A stretch of DNA of 64,000 bases from Rebecca billardiae RCC1528 (GCA_965240325.2 OZ251225.1:1178001-1242000); one strand, 5' to 3'. Shown: positions 1-15,002, numbered from the stretch's first letter. Translations and numbers: made by a program. Notes: generated by a model not told the origin, from the letters alone.

Positions 1-1735
1 CGCACGAACCCTCGCGGGCGACGAGATATATCATTGACGCGGGTAGCCCTTTAAGGCGTTCCCGTACCCGCGCGCGATTCATAACCGTACCTTTTCTGAT
101 TACTATAATTATCTCCCGTCGATTAATACTGCTCATCGCTACAAAAGGCGCTGCCACTGCCTTGGCCACTGGCCACTGGCAAACTCGACGCGGGCTCGCG
201 AACAGGCGGGCACTGCACGCGATCGTTCAATCCGACAAGACTCAGCGCCGGTGCGCGCAGATCTGCGGCGGGTCCCAACGGCCGTCGGCATCGCATTCGT
301 GCCTCGTTCACCCCGCGCGCCCCGCCCTGCCATGCCTCTTCGGCCCAGTGCGTTTTCCAACCGAGCACGTCGTCACTCGGTCGCACGAACGCGGCCGTTG
401 TCGACCGGCTCGTAGCTGACCATTCGCGCGCCCGCGCGCGCCACGCCGCACGCCGCGCAGCTGAGGCTCTCGGCATGTTCAGAAGTCGCTCGCCCAACCC
501 TCACCGCTCACGCTCGCGCCGTCCATGACCATGGCCGAGCTGTGATGGCTGAGCCGCGTGCGGCGTGCTGACGGCTGCGCATGGCGGCGCGGCAAGCATT
601 TGGCGCGCGAGCCGCGCGCTGACCGTGAGGAGGGGCTCTGGCGCTCACTCGACGGATGCCTGACCGTGCCTGACACGAGAGCCACAGGCTTAGATCTGCG
701 AGCGGCGAGCCCGCGATGATGGCGAGTTGGCATATGCTACGGGCGACGCCGTGCTCCCCTCTCGCCCGTGCTCGCAGTAGTCCTCGCGCTCCGGGCCGTC
801 GGCCGACAGCACCCGCGGCGGCACCGACGCGCACAGCCATGCAGCGGCCCTCGCACCGAGTGCATCGACGCGGCGGCGAGCCTGACAGACAAAGGCGTGC
901 AAGGAGCGGCTACTGCGGCTGCGGGAGGTCGTAGATAGACAGGCTCGAGCCGCGGCTGCTCGCGACGCTCTTCCCCGCAGCGAGCTCGTCCGACGCTGCG
1001 CCGATCCCGCCGAGCGCGCGAGGCTGTGCGAGGCTGAGACGGGCGAGCTGCCGAGCGCGATCTCCGCGCTGCGCGCGGCCACAGACAACAGGGCTGCCCG
1101 ATGCGCACCGGGCGGAGGCGCTGCGGCTGCTGCGCGTCGAGTTCGACAGGCGGCGCAGCCCCCCGAGGCCCGGGCCGTCGACCGCGTCGATTACTCGCGC
1201 CCGCGCCTCCTGCACGGCGACGCGCCGGGCGCGCGCATCGTCATTCGGTGAAGAACGCGACGACTATTGCATACCAGTAGGGCCGTGCGCCCTCAACTTC
1301 GTTGTTTACTACCCGAAGATCGGCGTAGCCGATCATTCTTATATATACGGAATTAGGAGAGAAAAAAGAGTGCTGTAGACTATATATATATGTAGTGAGC
1401 AGACGACGACTTTCGGACACTCCGCTGATTACAATTTACATTTTAGTAGTCGTTACTAGAATTTACGAGTGGCGCCTTTAATTGCGTAACTTGTACTGCC
1501 AGATTCCCCGAGGGACCTCCCCGTATTAATCCTTATTTTCAAGATATAGTCTCCTAAGACGAGTACGTTGCTCTGAGTCTGAGATCCGCGCATTCTAAGT
1601 AAGGTGCTAGCTGATAATACATGTCTGTCCGCATTGGACCGTCCCGGCGTCCGGCGCCCGCGCCGGAAGCCGCGTACGAGTGTAAGGGCACGTAGTTGGG
1701 CGTTGGGCACGCGTGCATGCCAGCAAATCGTGCGC

Positions 1736-2410
1736 TCATGTATGTTCTGCCTTAACGTAGTACCACCCGACGAGTGAGAGCGCGTGCGTGCGTGCGAAGT
1801 CGGCCACCGGCCAGCGACCACGCTGCGATGGTGAGGCCAGTGCACCATCGAACGCAATCCGAGCACCGCCTGGCTGAGCAAAAAGTAGGACAAAGTATCG
1901 ATGGAAGCCTGTGCGAGGAGGAGGCGTCGGTGGCATGTATTGAGTGCGCACATCACCCCCGGCCACCTCCTTCCCGGGGATGTTCACAACCAGCCAGTGC
2001 AGCCAGGGTGCGTGCGTGGGCTTCTGCCTGCTCGGCGCATCAGGGTCCACAATTGCTAGGGTGAAGTACGAGCTGGCGTCTGCCGCCCAAGCCACGTCAG
2101 GCTGCGCAGACGCCTGTGCAGGCGTAAGCGTGATCCCCCCGTGCCCGTGCGCAGCCTTGCTCGCCGTTCCTGGGAAGTCCACAGTGAGCTCCAACCGTGT
2201 CTTCACGAATGAAGCCGGGAGCACGTCTGGGACGAGGCCGGCGCTGAGCTGAAGCACAGACTCCTCGTCACTCTTGGCACTGGGGGCTGCACGCGTTGTA
2301 CGGCTCTGTGATGATTGGCCAGAACGAACAGACACGAACAGCACCGTGAGTGCGAGGCAGATGCCGACGATCAAATAGGCCAACCAGCACGAGCGGCCGG
2401 ACGCCGCCAT
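1736..2410 (-). CDS. Phosphatidylethanolamine-binding protein (PEBP/RKIP family) with N-terminal TM/signal anchor
   Basis: Motifs YFTLAIVDPDAPS, WLHWLVVNIPG and YMPPTPPPRTGFHRY; hydrophobic N-terminus; first ATG at 2410. Confidence 0.92.
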   Translation of the reverse strand: MAASGRSCWLAYLIVGICLALTVLFVSVRSGQSSQSRTTRAAPSAKSDEESVLQLSAGLVPDVLPASFVKTRLELTVDFPGTASKAAHGHGGITLTPAQASAQPDVAWAADASSYFTLAIVDPDAPSRQKPTHAPWLHWLVVNIPGKEVAGGDVRTQYMPPTPPPRTGFHRYFVLLFAQPGGARIAFDGALASPSQRGRWPVADFARTHALSLVGWYYVKAEHT

Positions 2411-2627
2411 GCCGAGCACCGATCACCCAGCGCACTTTTGTAATCATTCTCGCCTGCCTGAGCGTGAGCTATGATAGTGTCTGTCTGGGCACGCCGCACG
2501 GGCAAGCCAACTGATGCCAACTCAGCCATCAGTCCATCACAGTCACACCGGCGGCGCGCGGCTGACCGCACTCTGCGCCAGTCTGCCTTCCTCGGAGTCT
2601 CCGCGGGCCCAGTCTAACTCTAGGAGT

Positions 2628-4286
2628 CTAGGGGCCGCGCGGTGCCGGCTCCTCGACCGGCGGCAGCTGCGCAAAGAAGCGCTGTGCGCGCAGCACCTTG
2701 GCCTCGACAATGTTGTACCGCGGGTCGATGCGCGCCTGCGCACGGCGGCGGAGCGGGTTGGGCCGCCACGTGAGCCACGAGGGCGTGGGTGCGGCGCGTG
2801 GAGCACGCGCGCGAGCGCGCACCAGCGCCGTCGCCTCGCCGTACGGCAGATGCTGAGTGCGCTCCTCCGGCTGGCCGGGCATGTGGCTGTGCTGGGCAAC
2901 GGCCAGGCCGGCTAGGCAGTAGCATGTGTGGTAGTAGTCGGGTTCCTTGCCGGGCTTGTCGCGGAGCCCGCCCTTGCTGAGCTGGCCGCAAACCATGAGG
3001 TAGTCCTGCAACGCGCCCTGGTCGTACAGCCACGCGCCGTCAGCCTCCTCCAGCGCCGCGAGCAGGCCGCGCTCAGCAGCCGCTCCCGCCTCAGCAGAGC
3101 GAATGCCATCGTCATCCGCACCCATTTCGAGCGCGCGCGCGATGACGGCGAAGGTCGCGCCCTGCCAGAAGGAGTAGCAGCCATCGACCAGCTTGTTCGT
3201 CCGGCCGTGGAAGCCACCCTCCAGCCGCTTCTGGCAGCTCGCAAGCCAGCGCAGCATCGCCCCGAGTCGCAGCTGACCCAGCTGGCCTGTGATTGCCAGC
3301 GCCGCAGCGCCGCAGAACGCGTACCCGCCGTGCGCCTCGAGGCCGGGCTCGCCGCCGAGGCCGCCCTCGTACGTCTGGCACTTGGCGATCCACTCAGGCG
3401 TGCGCGCGATCAGCTCGTCCGTGAGGACGTTCGTCAGCGACGCGACGGCCATCGCCGTGTAAGCCCCGCTGTCGGGCGTGAGCGAGCGCATCGCGCGCGC
3501 ACCGCGTCGCACCGCGCCACGGGCGGACGGGTGAGGGCACACACGCACGTGCACCCGACCGATCGGGACTACAGCGGCGCCGACGCGCGCGGCGCGAGGC
3601 GCTCACCGCACGTCCACCTCGCCGTCCTCGTGCATCGTGAAGCAGCCGAGCGCGTCGTCCTTGCGCTGGCGCAGGAAGCTGTACAGCCGCTGCCGGTCGA
3701 TCGATCGGTATGCCTCCTCAGTGCCGATGATCATGAGCGAGTTGATCGCCGCGTAGGTCGGGGCGAGGTGCGGCAGCTGGCCGGGGTACGGGCCGCCGCA
3801 GTAGCCTCCAGACGGGTCCTCGCACCGCTTGAGGAAGGCCACCGTCCTGCGCGCGCGGCGGGGCACATGCGATCCTTGCCGCCGGTCATGCGCACGCTTC
3901 AAGGTGAGTGACGGAGAGGCGCCGGACGGCTTGCCCACGCGCGCGCGCTCGCACCGTGAGGCCAAGTCGTCCGAGAGCGTGTGGCCTAGGATGTCGAGCG
4001 CATTCAATATCCAGTAGCACAGCCACGGGCGGCTCGCATCCAGCGCCTGGAAGCCCGAAGGCAGCTCCTCGAGCCCTTTGAGCAGGTACGCGATGTGCTT
4101 CTCGCGATCAAACGGCACGGTGTGGCGGCGAACCGCGTCGCCGCCGGCGTCGAGATGGGCGAGGAAGAGCTTGAGGCAGCGCTCCTCCACGGCCTGCTGC
4201 TCCCGCGTCGTCGTGGTCTGCACAGAAGGCGGCTCGCTCGTGTACCGTCCACACGGCACCGCCAACACGTCGGACGGCGCAGACAT
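2628..4286 (-). CDS. FNTB: Protein farnesyltransferase beta subunit; introns at about 3847-3954, 3469-3606 and 2736-2822
   Basis: LDASRPWLCYW, HLAPTYAA, GEVDVR, EAHGGYAFC, GRTNKLVDGCYSFW and DKPGKEPDYYHTCYCL; GT..AG introns restore the frame. Confidence 0.93.
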
Positions 4287-4448
4287 GCTTTGCGAGTGCG
4301 GATTTTTTTCATCGTGCGGATTTATTCGTTATTCGAGTTTTCCGCGCCTGCACGGTTTCCGGTGAAGCTCGAAGTCGGACCGGCGGTCGGCGCGCCGCCG
4401 GCGGCTGAGCTGCAACGGTCGCTCACGCGCAAGGAGCCCGCAGCCCAG

Positions 4449-5690
4449 TCACAGCCTTCCTCTGACAGACGATGATGGCGGGACCACCGTGGGCGCGCCG
4501 CCGCCCGCGGGCACGTCGTCAAACGGAGGCCGGCCTTCGCGCAGCCGTGCCACGACGCCGGCAGTCCTGGCATCCTCGCACGGCGCGAAGCACGCGCCTT
4601 CGATGGCCGCCTCAGCCTGGGGATCGAGCGCGTCGATGGACGTACACCAGCGCGGCGCGTGGTCCTTGTCCACCAGCACCGCGCGCACGCCCTCGAAGAA
4701 GTCGGCCGCCGCCGCCGTCGGGCCAGCGTCGCCGCCGCCGCTGATGTCGGCAGCAGTCGTGAAGTGCTGTGCAAGCGCGTACTCAGCCGCGAGGCACTCG
4801 CGCAGCGGCGCGGTGGCGCAGCGGCGCAGCAGCGCGAGCGTCGCGACCAGCGCCACCGGCGAGCGCGCGCGGAGCGCGCTGAGCGCGTCCGCGGCCCACG
4901 CCGTCCGCTCTGCGCCCAACGCATCAAGCAGCGCGCGCACGCTCGGCGCGCCAAAGCAGCGCTCGATCGCTGCGCGGTGCTCGGTGAGGCTCGGGCTGGC
5001 GGCGTCGGGCTCGGGTGGTGACGCGCCGCCGCTCAGACGCTCGAGGAGCGCGGACACGTCGCTCTCGCCCGCGCAAGCCTCCAGCCCCGCCTCCAGCCCG
5101 CCGAGCGCGGCGGAGGGCACGAAGTGGGTCGCAAGGCCAAGCTCGCACACATCGCGCGCGCCGAGCCGCGCGCCGGTGAGCGCGAGGTACGTGGCGGTGG
5201 CGCGGGGCAGGCGCTGGAAGAAATGCGAGGCGCCGACGTCGGGGAAGAACCCTATCGCCGTCTCGGGCATCGCGAAGAGCGTGCGCTCCGTCGCGACGCG
5301 AAAGCGGCCATGCACGGACAGGCCGACCCCCCCACCCATCACGATCCCATCCCAGAGGGAGACCTGCGGCTTGGCTGACTCGGCGATGGCGGCGTTGAGA
5401 GCATACTCCTCGGCGAAGAAGCGCCGGCTGAGCTGGCCGCCGGACTGCGCGTCGTGCGCCACGGCCTTCATGTCGCCGCCCGCGCAGAATGCGCGGCCGC
5501 CCTCGCCGCGCAGCAGCAGCACGCGGCAGCTGTCGTCCGCGGCTAGAGCGGCGAAGGGGCCGGCGGCGAGCTCGCGCACCATCTCGAGGGTGAGCGCGTT
5601 AAGAGCGCGTGGCCGGTTCAGAGCGCACGCGAGCAAGCCGCCGCGGCGCGACACGTGGACCAGCGGGGCGGCCTGGGTCGTGGCCGCCAT
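4449..5690 (-). CDS. HIBCH: 3-hydroxyisobutyryl-CoA hydrolase (crotonase family)
   Basis: LNRPRALNAL, AFCAGGD, GIVMGGGVGLSVHG, FAMPETAIGFFPDVG and DFFEGVRAVLVDKD. Confidence 0.92.
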   Translation of the reverse strand: MAATTQAAPLVHVSRRGGLLACALNRPRALNALTLEMVRELAAGPFAALAADDSCRVLLLRGEGGRAFCAGGDMKAVAHDAQSGGQLSRRFFAEEYALNAAIAESAKPQVSLWDGIVMGGGVGLSVHGRFRVATERTLFAMPETAIGFFPDVGASHFFQRLPRATATYLALTGARLGARDVCELGLATHFVPSAALGGLEAGLEACAGESDVSALLERLSGGASPPEPDAASPSLTEHRAAIERCFGAPSVRALLDALGAERTAWAADALSALRARSPVALVATLALLRRCATAPLRECLAAEYALAQHFTTAADISGGGDAGPTAAAADFFEGVRAVLVDKDHAPRWCTSIDALDPQAEAAIEGACFAPCEDARTAGVVARLREGRPPFDDVPAGGGAPTVVPPSSSVRGRL

Positions 5691-5820
5691 GGTGATCCGA
5701 ACCTTCTTTTTCGGCACCAATCAACAACGGAAACTTACGGCGGCGGGGCGGAAAGAACAGATGCGAATAATTGCGATGCACATGAAATCCGGCGCGCCCT
5801 GGTGCGTCCGGGTGCTGGAC

Positions 5821-6943
5821 CAAGGGGAGTCAGGGTACAGCACGTCCAGTTGGGCTGCAGCTGGAGCTTGGGTACAAAAGCTTCCCGCGGCGCAGCGGCA
5901 CTCGCCGCCGCCGCCGCCGTGGAGGGGCGGTTGTGGCGCGCACGGCGTGAGCCGCTGCGGGCGCTGAGGTGCGCGCGACGGCGGCGCGCCCGGCGGCGCT
6001 GCTGTAGGAGGCCACTGCCCTCCTCTCTGCCCCGCGCGCTTCGCTCGTCGTCGCCGTCGCCGCGCCTGCGACTAGCGCGCACGCGAGCGCCGCACCGCCC
6101 GGAAGCCGGGGCAATCTCAGTCGTGACTGCGCATGTGCGTCGCGACCTGGTCGGCCCAGCGCGCGAGGCGCGTGCGGGCGAGGCAGGGCCAGTGTGGCCG
6201 CGCGCCATGCCGCCTCGACCTTGCGCCAGTGGGCATGTCGCGGGCCTTGCACCTCTGTCGACAACGTTGACAAACAATGCGGCACCCAAGCGCAGACGTC
6301 AGTGTGCACGATCGAGACAGTAGGCGTACAGACGCGATAGTTGCAGAGCCTTTTGTGATCATGCGAGTCATGTATCGTCAGTGACTCTCGCCCAGGTCGT
6401 CTGCGCGCTGAACTGACGTTTTGACTGAGTGCCTCGAGATCGCCTCGACGATGGCCCGTGCATTGCTTGAAGACTCGACACCGAGTCCAAGCGGCCAACC
6501 AGACACACGTGCTCAGTTCCCTGTTGTACGCTCAGATGGGCTTACTTGAGGCGGCATGGCGCGCGGCCACACTGGCCCTGCCTCGCCCGCACGCGCCTCG
6601 CGCGCTGGGCCGACCAGGTCGCGACGCACATGCGCAGTCACGGCTGAGATTGCCCCGGCTTCCGGGCGGTGCGGCGCTCGCGTGCGCGCTGGTCGCAGGC
6701 GCGGCGACGGCGACGACGAGCGAAGCGCGCGGGGCAGAGAGGAGGGCAGTGGCCTCCTACAGCAGCGCCGCCGGGCGCGCCGCCGTCGCGCGCACCTCAG
6801 CGCCCGCAGCGGCTCACGCCGTGCGCGCCACAACCGCCCCTCCACGGCGGCGGCGGCGGCGAGTGCCGCTGCGCCGCGGGAAGCTTTTGTACCCAAGCTC
6901 CAGCTGCAGCCCAACTGGACGTGCTGTACCCTGACTCCCCTTG
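5821..6943. mobile_element. Non-autonomous foldback DNA transposon with P-element-like ends; 396-bp TIRs and 7-bp TSD GCTGGAC
   Basis: Arms 5821-6216 and 6548-6943 are reverse complements (2 substitutions noticed); termini CAAGG..CCTTG; GCTGGAC at 5814-5820 and 6944-6950. Confidence 0.88.
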
Positions 6944-7202
6944 GCTGGACACGTCGTCGACGACGGGTCCTGTGGATCCGGGCGGGGTAGCCAGCGGCGG
7001 GTTGGCGGCGGCGGGCGCGTATCTCCCGGCGTTTGCTTGGAGGATCCCGGCACCATCAGCACGTGCCCTCTTCTTGTGCCAACGCCCACTGCAGCCAGTG
7101 CCACCCCCACAGCGCATCTAGGCCCCCCCGCGGTCTCTTCCACGCCACACCTCGCCCTCCTGGCCACACGACAGACAGACAGCGCGCATCCGAACGCAAC
7201 CC

Positions 7203-9522
<2,320 letters not shown>

Positions 9523-10072
9523 GCCAAGCCAGACTACGCGTGTCGCCGACGACGCGCGGGTGCGGTCACAGCCAGCCACCCACTGGCCCCCGGCCCGACG
9601 CCACGGCGGCGTGACAACACCGCCGCCGCGCCGTGGACCCCACCGCCACCCAGCAATCGCCCTCCGGCCGCCCCGACCCCGCTCAGCCCCCCCACCTCCA
9701 AGATGAGGCGAGCGCCTCCAGCTGCCGGCCTCCAGCCACACGGGCCGCGCGGACGCGCGCGCACTCGTGAGCTCCGCCTGCACAGTGGGTGTGCAGCGCG
9801 GCACACGGGTGCGTGCGGTCCGCGCACGTGGCTGGCCGCTCGCACGCACAGCGCGTGCACGAGCGCCGGCAAAGTGAGGGCGTCCGCCATGGCCACGTTG
9901 CTCGACAGGCATGCTCACCGATCGCCGCGCCCGCGTAACCCGCGGTGCATGCATGTGATCGCCAGCCAGCATATTGACGAATGACGTCCTGGGCGACACT
10001 GCGTCCAATTGCGCAAGACTCCATCCGCCCCGTCGTCGGAACGGGGCGGCTGTGATGCTGACTATATATAGG

Positions 10073-10094
10073 ACACACACACACACACACACAC
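10073..10094. repeat. (CA)n microsatellite
   Basis: Run of AC dinucleotides. Confidence 0.8.
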
Positions 10095-11032
10095 AGCACA
10101 CACTTACGATCGGCCTGTTTTATTTCTACGAGAGCCCAAAGGCGACATTCGCCAAAACGCGGTACAATGGCGGCTTGCCCGCTGGTGCGGGCGCCGGAGC
10201 TAGTCCGGAGTAGTGATGGCACGTCGTTCGCGCATTCTCGTGTTGAGGCGCTGCGCTGTGGCGAAGGATGTTGTCAGACATGCTGCTTCGCCTTGCCGTG
10301 GTGCTTCGCCTTGACACAGCGGTCACTTGCGGTGCACGGCAGTGTGTACGATGCAGCCGGCGAGCGGCGGCAAACCGCCGCAGCTGCAGGCCCTCTGCAA
10401 GCTGCAAGCACTCTGCCTTGGCTGCATCGCACCCGCGTCAGATAGAGCGACCAGTTCACAGCCAGATGGACTGCAATCGCCACTAGCTCTAAACGCTCCG
10501 CCGCCTCTACCTTGTCGAGCTTGAGATGCTTCCGTTCGGCGTGCGCTTGCATGCAGCTTGCCGCCTGCATTTGAACGTGAGCGCGGAAGGTTGGTAGGCC
10601 GGATGCTCAGGCCTCCTCGGCGTATATTATGACAAGGTGCGTGCCACGCGCACCCATGACGCGCGGAAAGGCGTGCACACGTCTCCTGGCGCATCTGGCA
10701 GGCTGCAGTCTTGGCCAAGATGATGAGAACAAGCCTGCAAGCGCTCGCCGCGCGGGCGCGAGCGCGCGGAGAGTTCTAGGATCCGACCCATGGTGTTGGG
10801 TGTACCTCGTGTGCGACGACGACGAGGCGGACGAGCGCCGCAACTGGATTCCTGCACTCACCGGTCACCGAGGAGTGCAGGAATCGCGTTCCTTGCGCAC
10901 GTGGGGGCCGCCATCGGCCGTGAGAGGTACACCCAACGGGGCGTGACACCGATTCCCACTGGCGGGCAGGGGTTTGTCGCCGTGACATAGGAAATGGAAT
11001 CTGGTAGAAATAAAACAGGCCGATCTCTATCG

Positions 11033-11200
11033 GATATATCTATATATCTATATAGATATATAGATCTATAGATCTATATATATCTATATCTATATCTATA
11101 TCTATCTATATATATATATATATATATATATATCTATTAACGACGTGGTATGCAACGGGCAGGCGTCAGAGTCAGCAAGCTGTATATATATATATATATA
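11033..11200. repeat. AT-rich (TA)n/(TATC)n microsatellite cluster
   Basis: TATATC/TAGA/TA runs at 11033-11137 and a (TA)n run at 11183-11200. Confidence 0.85.
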
Positions 11201-13186
11201 GAATAATGTGGAGCCCCACTGTCGGTTGCGCCGGAGGCGGAAGGTGTGTATAATCAAGCGGCATGACTAGGGTAGCAAATCACACAGAAGGCCTGGCCTT
11301 CAGCCTCAGGTGATATGAGCCCCAGTCAGTGTGGCGTGTCGGCCTCAAAGCCGGCGGGCGTCCGAGCAGGGTTCTGTTGCCCAGAGGGGGCCGCTGTCTC
11401 ACACTGTCTCACCAGCTGGGGGGGGCGGGGCGTCCCGGGCTGTTTGCGCTTGCGGGCCGTGGGGCCGGCACTGCGGCACTCAGTCACTGAGATCGACAGT
11501 AGTGGACTCTGGTGCCACCCCACTCCACTCGTGGCTCGGGGCGGCGCCCGGCTGACTTGCCGGCCAGCACACGTACGGCTGCTCAGCCGCCGCCACTCGC
11601 CAGCCGCCTCCGAGACCGAGGACACGGCGACGCGGGTCATCGGCCGCCCGCCGGCGCGGGCTGCTCCCAGCGGGAGCGGCCGGCAGGCTCGGTGCCGTCC
11701 GCGGGCCGCCTGTAGTTAGTGCTTGGGTAGTGGGTGCGCGCGACGCGTCGTATAGATAAGTGCATGGCTGTAACTACTGAGTACTGGCTAAGCAGCTCTG
11801 ATTCTACAACTTTCAATTTTGAATCTAGCTACTAGACTCTACTAGCTGAGCCTGAGCAGCGCAGTGGAATTGTCATTTGTCGCCGGGTCACTTGCCGCCC
11901 GGATGGTTTGGTACGTACTGCTGGGCGTTGAAGCAGCCGAGGTACGTAAGGCTGGCAGATGCCAGGAGGTACTGCGCGGGCTTGCCGCGCGCGCCGCCCG
12001 TACCACAACGTCGGGCCCCTGGGGAGATGCGAACGACGATTCACCGGATCCGGATTAGCGGAACCGCGTGAACTTCATCTTCGGGCTTGTGCAAGCGCGC
12101 ACATGGCCGCGATCGGCTCGCTCCTGTCTGTCGCCGCGGATGAGTCAAAGCCTCTCCTCCTCGAAAGCGCAGGCCGATGAGGCGCAGACTTGGCCATTCC
12201 CGCGTGCACGCCCCCTCTGCCCGATCGTCGCGGCCGTCTTCCAGCCGCCGATCATTGCTGCCGCACGAGCGACGAGGCCGGCGAAATGTGGAACGCGGAG
12301 AGCTCCATGTAACGGCTCAGGAGCGAACGGTGGCACACGACGGGCTCGCTCTCCTCCTGGTCGTTCCAGCGCGGTAGACTGGCTGAGCGTGGCCGCGAGC
12401 CGCCGTCCGGGCGCATCGTCGGCCTGGTCGGCGACAGCGATGAGGCGCCATGATGAGGAGCGGGCGGGCTCGTCAATTGAATCCGACCGAGGGACGCCTC
12501 AGCTTGGTCGAGGCGGCTAGGCGTGCGGGCGCAGCTCACACGAGTCGCCTTTGGCGACTCGTCTAGCGGCGTGGCGGACGCAGGGATCGTCGCTTCCCCG
12601 GCCCATGCGCCCTCGCTAGGCGACATGGGCTCAAGCTCGCTGGACGTCCCGGCCGCGCCTTCGCTGCCATACGGCGACTCGAAGAAGGCGGTCTCGGTGG
12701 AGGGCGTGTCGCTGACCTCGATGTTTGCGTGGCCGCTCGTCTCTGCCGGCGACGTGGCCGGCGCGCTGTGCAACATCTCGCACCGACGAGCACGGGGCGC
12801 TCGAGGCACGGGCGTGTGATGATGCGCGCGACGGGTGACGCCTGGGGCCGAGGGGGTACCACCGGACGCGCGATTGCGTGAAAAAGTTCGGCGTCCGTCG
12901 TCGTCGTCGTCTCGTCAAAAAGACGAACGAAGCGAAGGCACCCAGGTTTGTTTGGAGGTTCTCAATTCTCATCAAGCACCGCAAATTGGACGGAATTTTA
13001 CCGATCCGAGATCGCTAATATTCGAACCCCTTTCGCCACACAGGATCTTCATTTAGCTGGGTACTTCTTAATCAACTTGATCCATATTCGTCGGTCCTCA
13101 TCCGCACCGTGATTGGCTGATTGCCGCAGGAGCGAAACCCTGAATTCCGATTTGCCGAGATTACCTACTAGAATTGGTCTCCGGCT

Positions 13187-13220
13187 TGCGGGTAATTTTA
13201 CCCCTGTAAAATTACCCGCA
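13187..13220. other. Perfect 15-bp inverted repeat (hairpin) just upstream of the DUF1350 gene
   Basis: TGCGGGTAATTTTAC-ccct-GTAAAATTACCCGCA. Confidence 0.75.
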
Positions 13221-13248
13221 CTGGCAAGACAAAACAGCCATTCCGTCC

Positions 13249-14466
13249 ATGGCTGCCGCCATGCGAGGGCTGCGCGGGTTGCACGTGCTGCTCCTCGCGG
13301 TCGAGGCGGGCGGCGCACGCGCCGCCGCGCCGCCGGCGCCGCCGTGGGACGGGCGCAGTGGCTGCTACGTCCTGCGTCCACCGCCCGCCCTCGCCACGCC
13401 CCCACGCGCCATCGTCCACTTTTGCGGCGGCGTGTTTGCAGCGGCCATCCCGCACGCGCTGTATCGCCACTTCCTCTCAGAGCTCGCGCACCGTGGATTC
13501 GTGGTGGTTGCGAGCCCGTACGACGTTGACTTCGATTTTGGCACGTGCACGGCGCAGGTGCGTGCCACCTACGCCGACGCGCTGCCCGCCGTACGCGCAG
13601 ATCACGGTGAGCTGCCACAGCTCGCTGTCGGCCACTCGCTCGGCGCCGTCGTGCTGACCATGTGCGCGACGGCGGCCGCAGCGGCGGCGCCGCCGTACGT
13701 GGGCGCCGTGCACATTGCGTACAACCATCGCCCGCTGCGCGAGCTCGTGCCCGGCTATGACGCGCTCATCGCGCCCGCGATTGGCGCGCAGTACGGCGCG
13801 CTGCGCGGCGCACTCGCGTGGCTGGGCACAGGCGGAGCCGCCGACGGCGCGCCGCCGTCGCCACCCCCGCCGCCAGTACCGCCGCCGCCAGCCCTCCGCC
13901 CGCGCCGCCATGCGCTCGTACGCGCACTCGCCGACGCCCTTGCGCTCGCCCGTGGCCTTGGCCGCCAGCTGCCCACGCTTCTCGGCGAGCTGGCCGATGG
14001 CGTGCGCGAGCTGCAACCGCCGCCCGAGGCGGTGCTCACGGCCGCGCGCGAGCGGTACAGCATCCCGCACAGCCTGCTCGTCTCGTTCGCGCCCGACCCT
14101 CTCGATGGCTCGGACGCGCTCGAGGACGCACTCAGCGCGCGAGCTCGCCGATGCCCACACGTCGGGCTCCGGCGCATTCGGCTGCGCGGCTCGCACACGA
14201 CGCCGCTCGATGCGGAGCCGATGGTTGTGAGGGCGCTGCAGACGGCTGCGCGCGTCGCCCCACAGCCCGTGCGCCCGCTGCTCAGCCGGCTCGCCGCCGC
14301 CGCGCGGCGCGCGGCGCTTGCCAACGTCGACGCGCTCGTCGACGCCATCGACGAATGGGCGGCCGAACGCTGCGCGCTGCGCCGCCCGTCGTCGCACTGT
14401 GAGTGTGACGAGCAGGGCCTCTCGTCATCATCACTTGCGGCGGACGCGTTTGATTTCCAAGGATGA
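13249..14466 (+). CDS. DUF1350-family alpha/beta hydrolase, probable signal peptide
   Basis: IVHFCGGVFAAAIPHALYRHFL, nucleophile elbow VGHSLG, LVSFAPDPLD and GSHTTP. Confidence 0.8.
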   Translation: MAAAMRGLRGLHVLLLAVEAGGARAAAPPAPPWDGRSGCYVLRPPPALATPPRAIVHFCGGVFAAAIPHALYRHFLSELAHRGFVVVASPYDVDFDFGTCTAQVRATYADALPAVRADHGELPQLAVGHSLGAVVLTMCATAAAAAAPPYVGAVHIAYNHRPLRELVPGYDALIAPAIGAQYGALRGALAWLGTGGAADGAPPSPPPPPVPPPPALRPRRHALVRALADALALARGLGRQLPTLLGELADGVRELQPPPEAVLTAARERYSIPHSLLVSFAPDPLDGSDALEDALSARARRCPHVGLRRIRLRGSHTTPLDAEPMVVRALQTAARVAPQPVRPLLSRLAAAARRAALANVDALVDAIDEWAAERCALRRPSSHCECDEQGLSSSSLAADAFDFQG

Positions 14467-15002
14467 GAATCAGGCTGTTGCCAAACGATTGAATCGTTCG
14501 GGGGAAGACGCCAAGACGGGCGGAAGCGCGTGTTCTTCAGAATGTGCTAACTGCTACTACTATCCACAATAATCGTATAATATTCGTAGTATATCGTCGG
14601 GCGCGCACTCTTAGTATTCACCGGCCGCGTCGCCCGTACTCCGTCTCAGGCCGCAACCGTAGAATCTGTCGGCGTAATCAGTCCGCGGCGCAGCCGGCAG
14701 CATGCTGCCAGCATCCCGGCAGCTGTGGGACGGTCGCGACGAATTTGAACATTGGAATGCCCCGATGTCCCGAGGCTAGCTGGTCGCCTGGTCCGCGTCG
14801 GGGTCACGCGGTCCGACGCCATTCGACCGGCGACCCCATCGGCTTAGGATGGAGTCCGAGTCCGACTCCAAGAGTCAGCGGAGTGTCACCGAAGCGCTGG
14901 TCCAAGTTGCTGTGCTAGAGCGATAAGGGACGCGAGGTTGTCCACAACCACCCGTGGATCCGTCACATCGCAGTGAAGAGGGCCGCCATAATCAGGCCAG
15001 CT

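Noticed and set aside
1-1260. Several short ORFs at the window start
   Set aside because: No recognisable domain or consistent coding frame.
5735-6990. Duplicated ORFs on opposite strands (also 31137-33146)
   Set aside because: Produced by the inverted-repeat arms; no transposase or other motifs.
9600-13100. Short ORFs including 12252-12809
   Set aside because: Low-complexity translations with no motif; cannot support a gene call.
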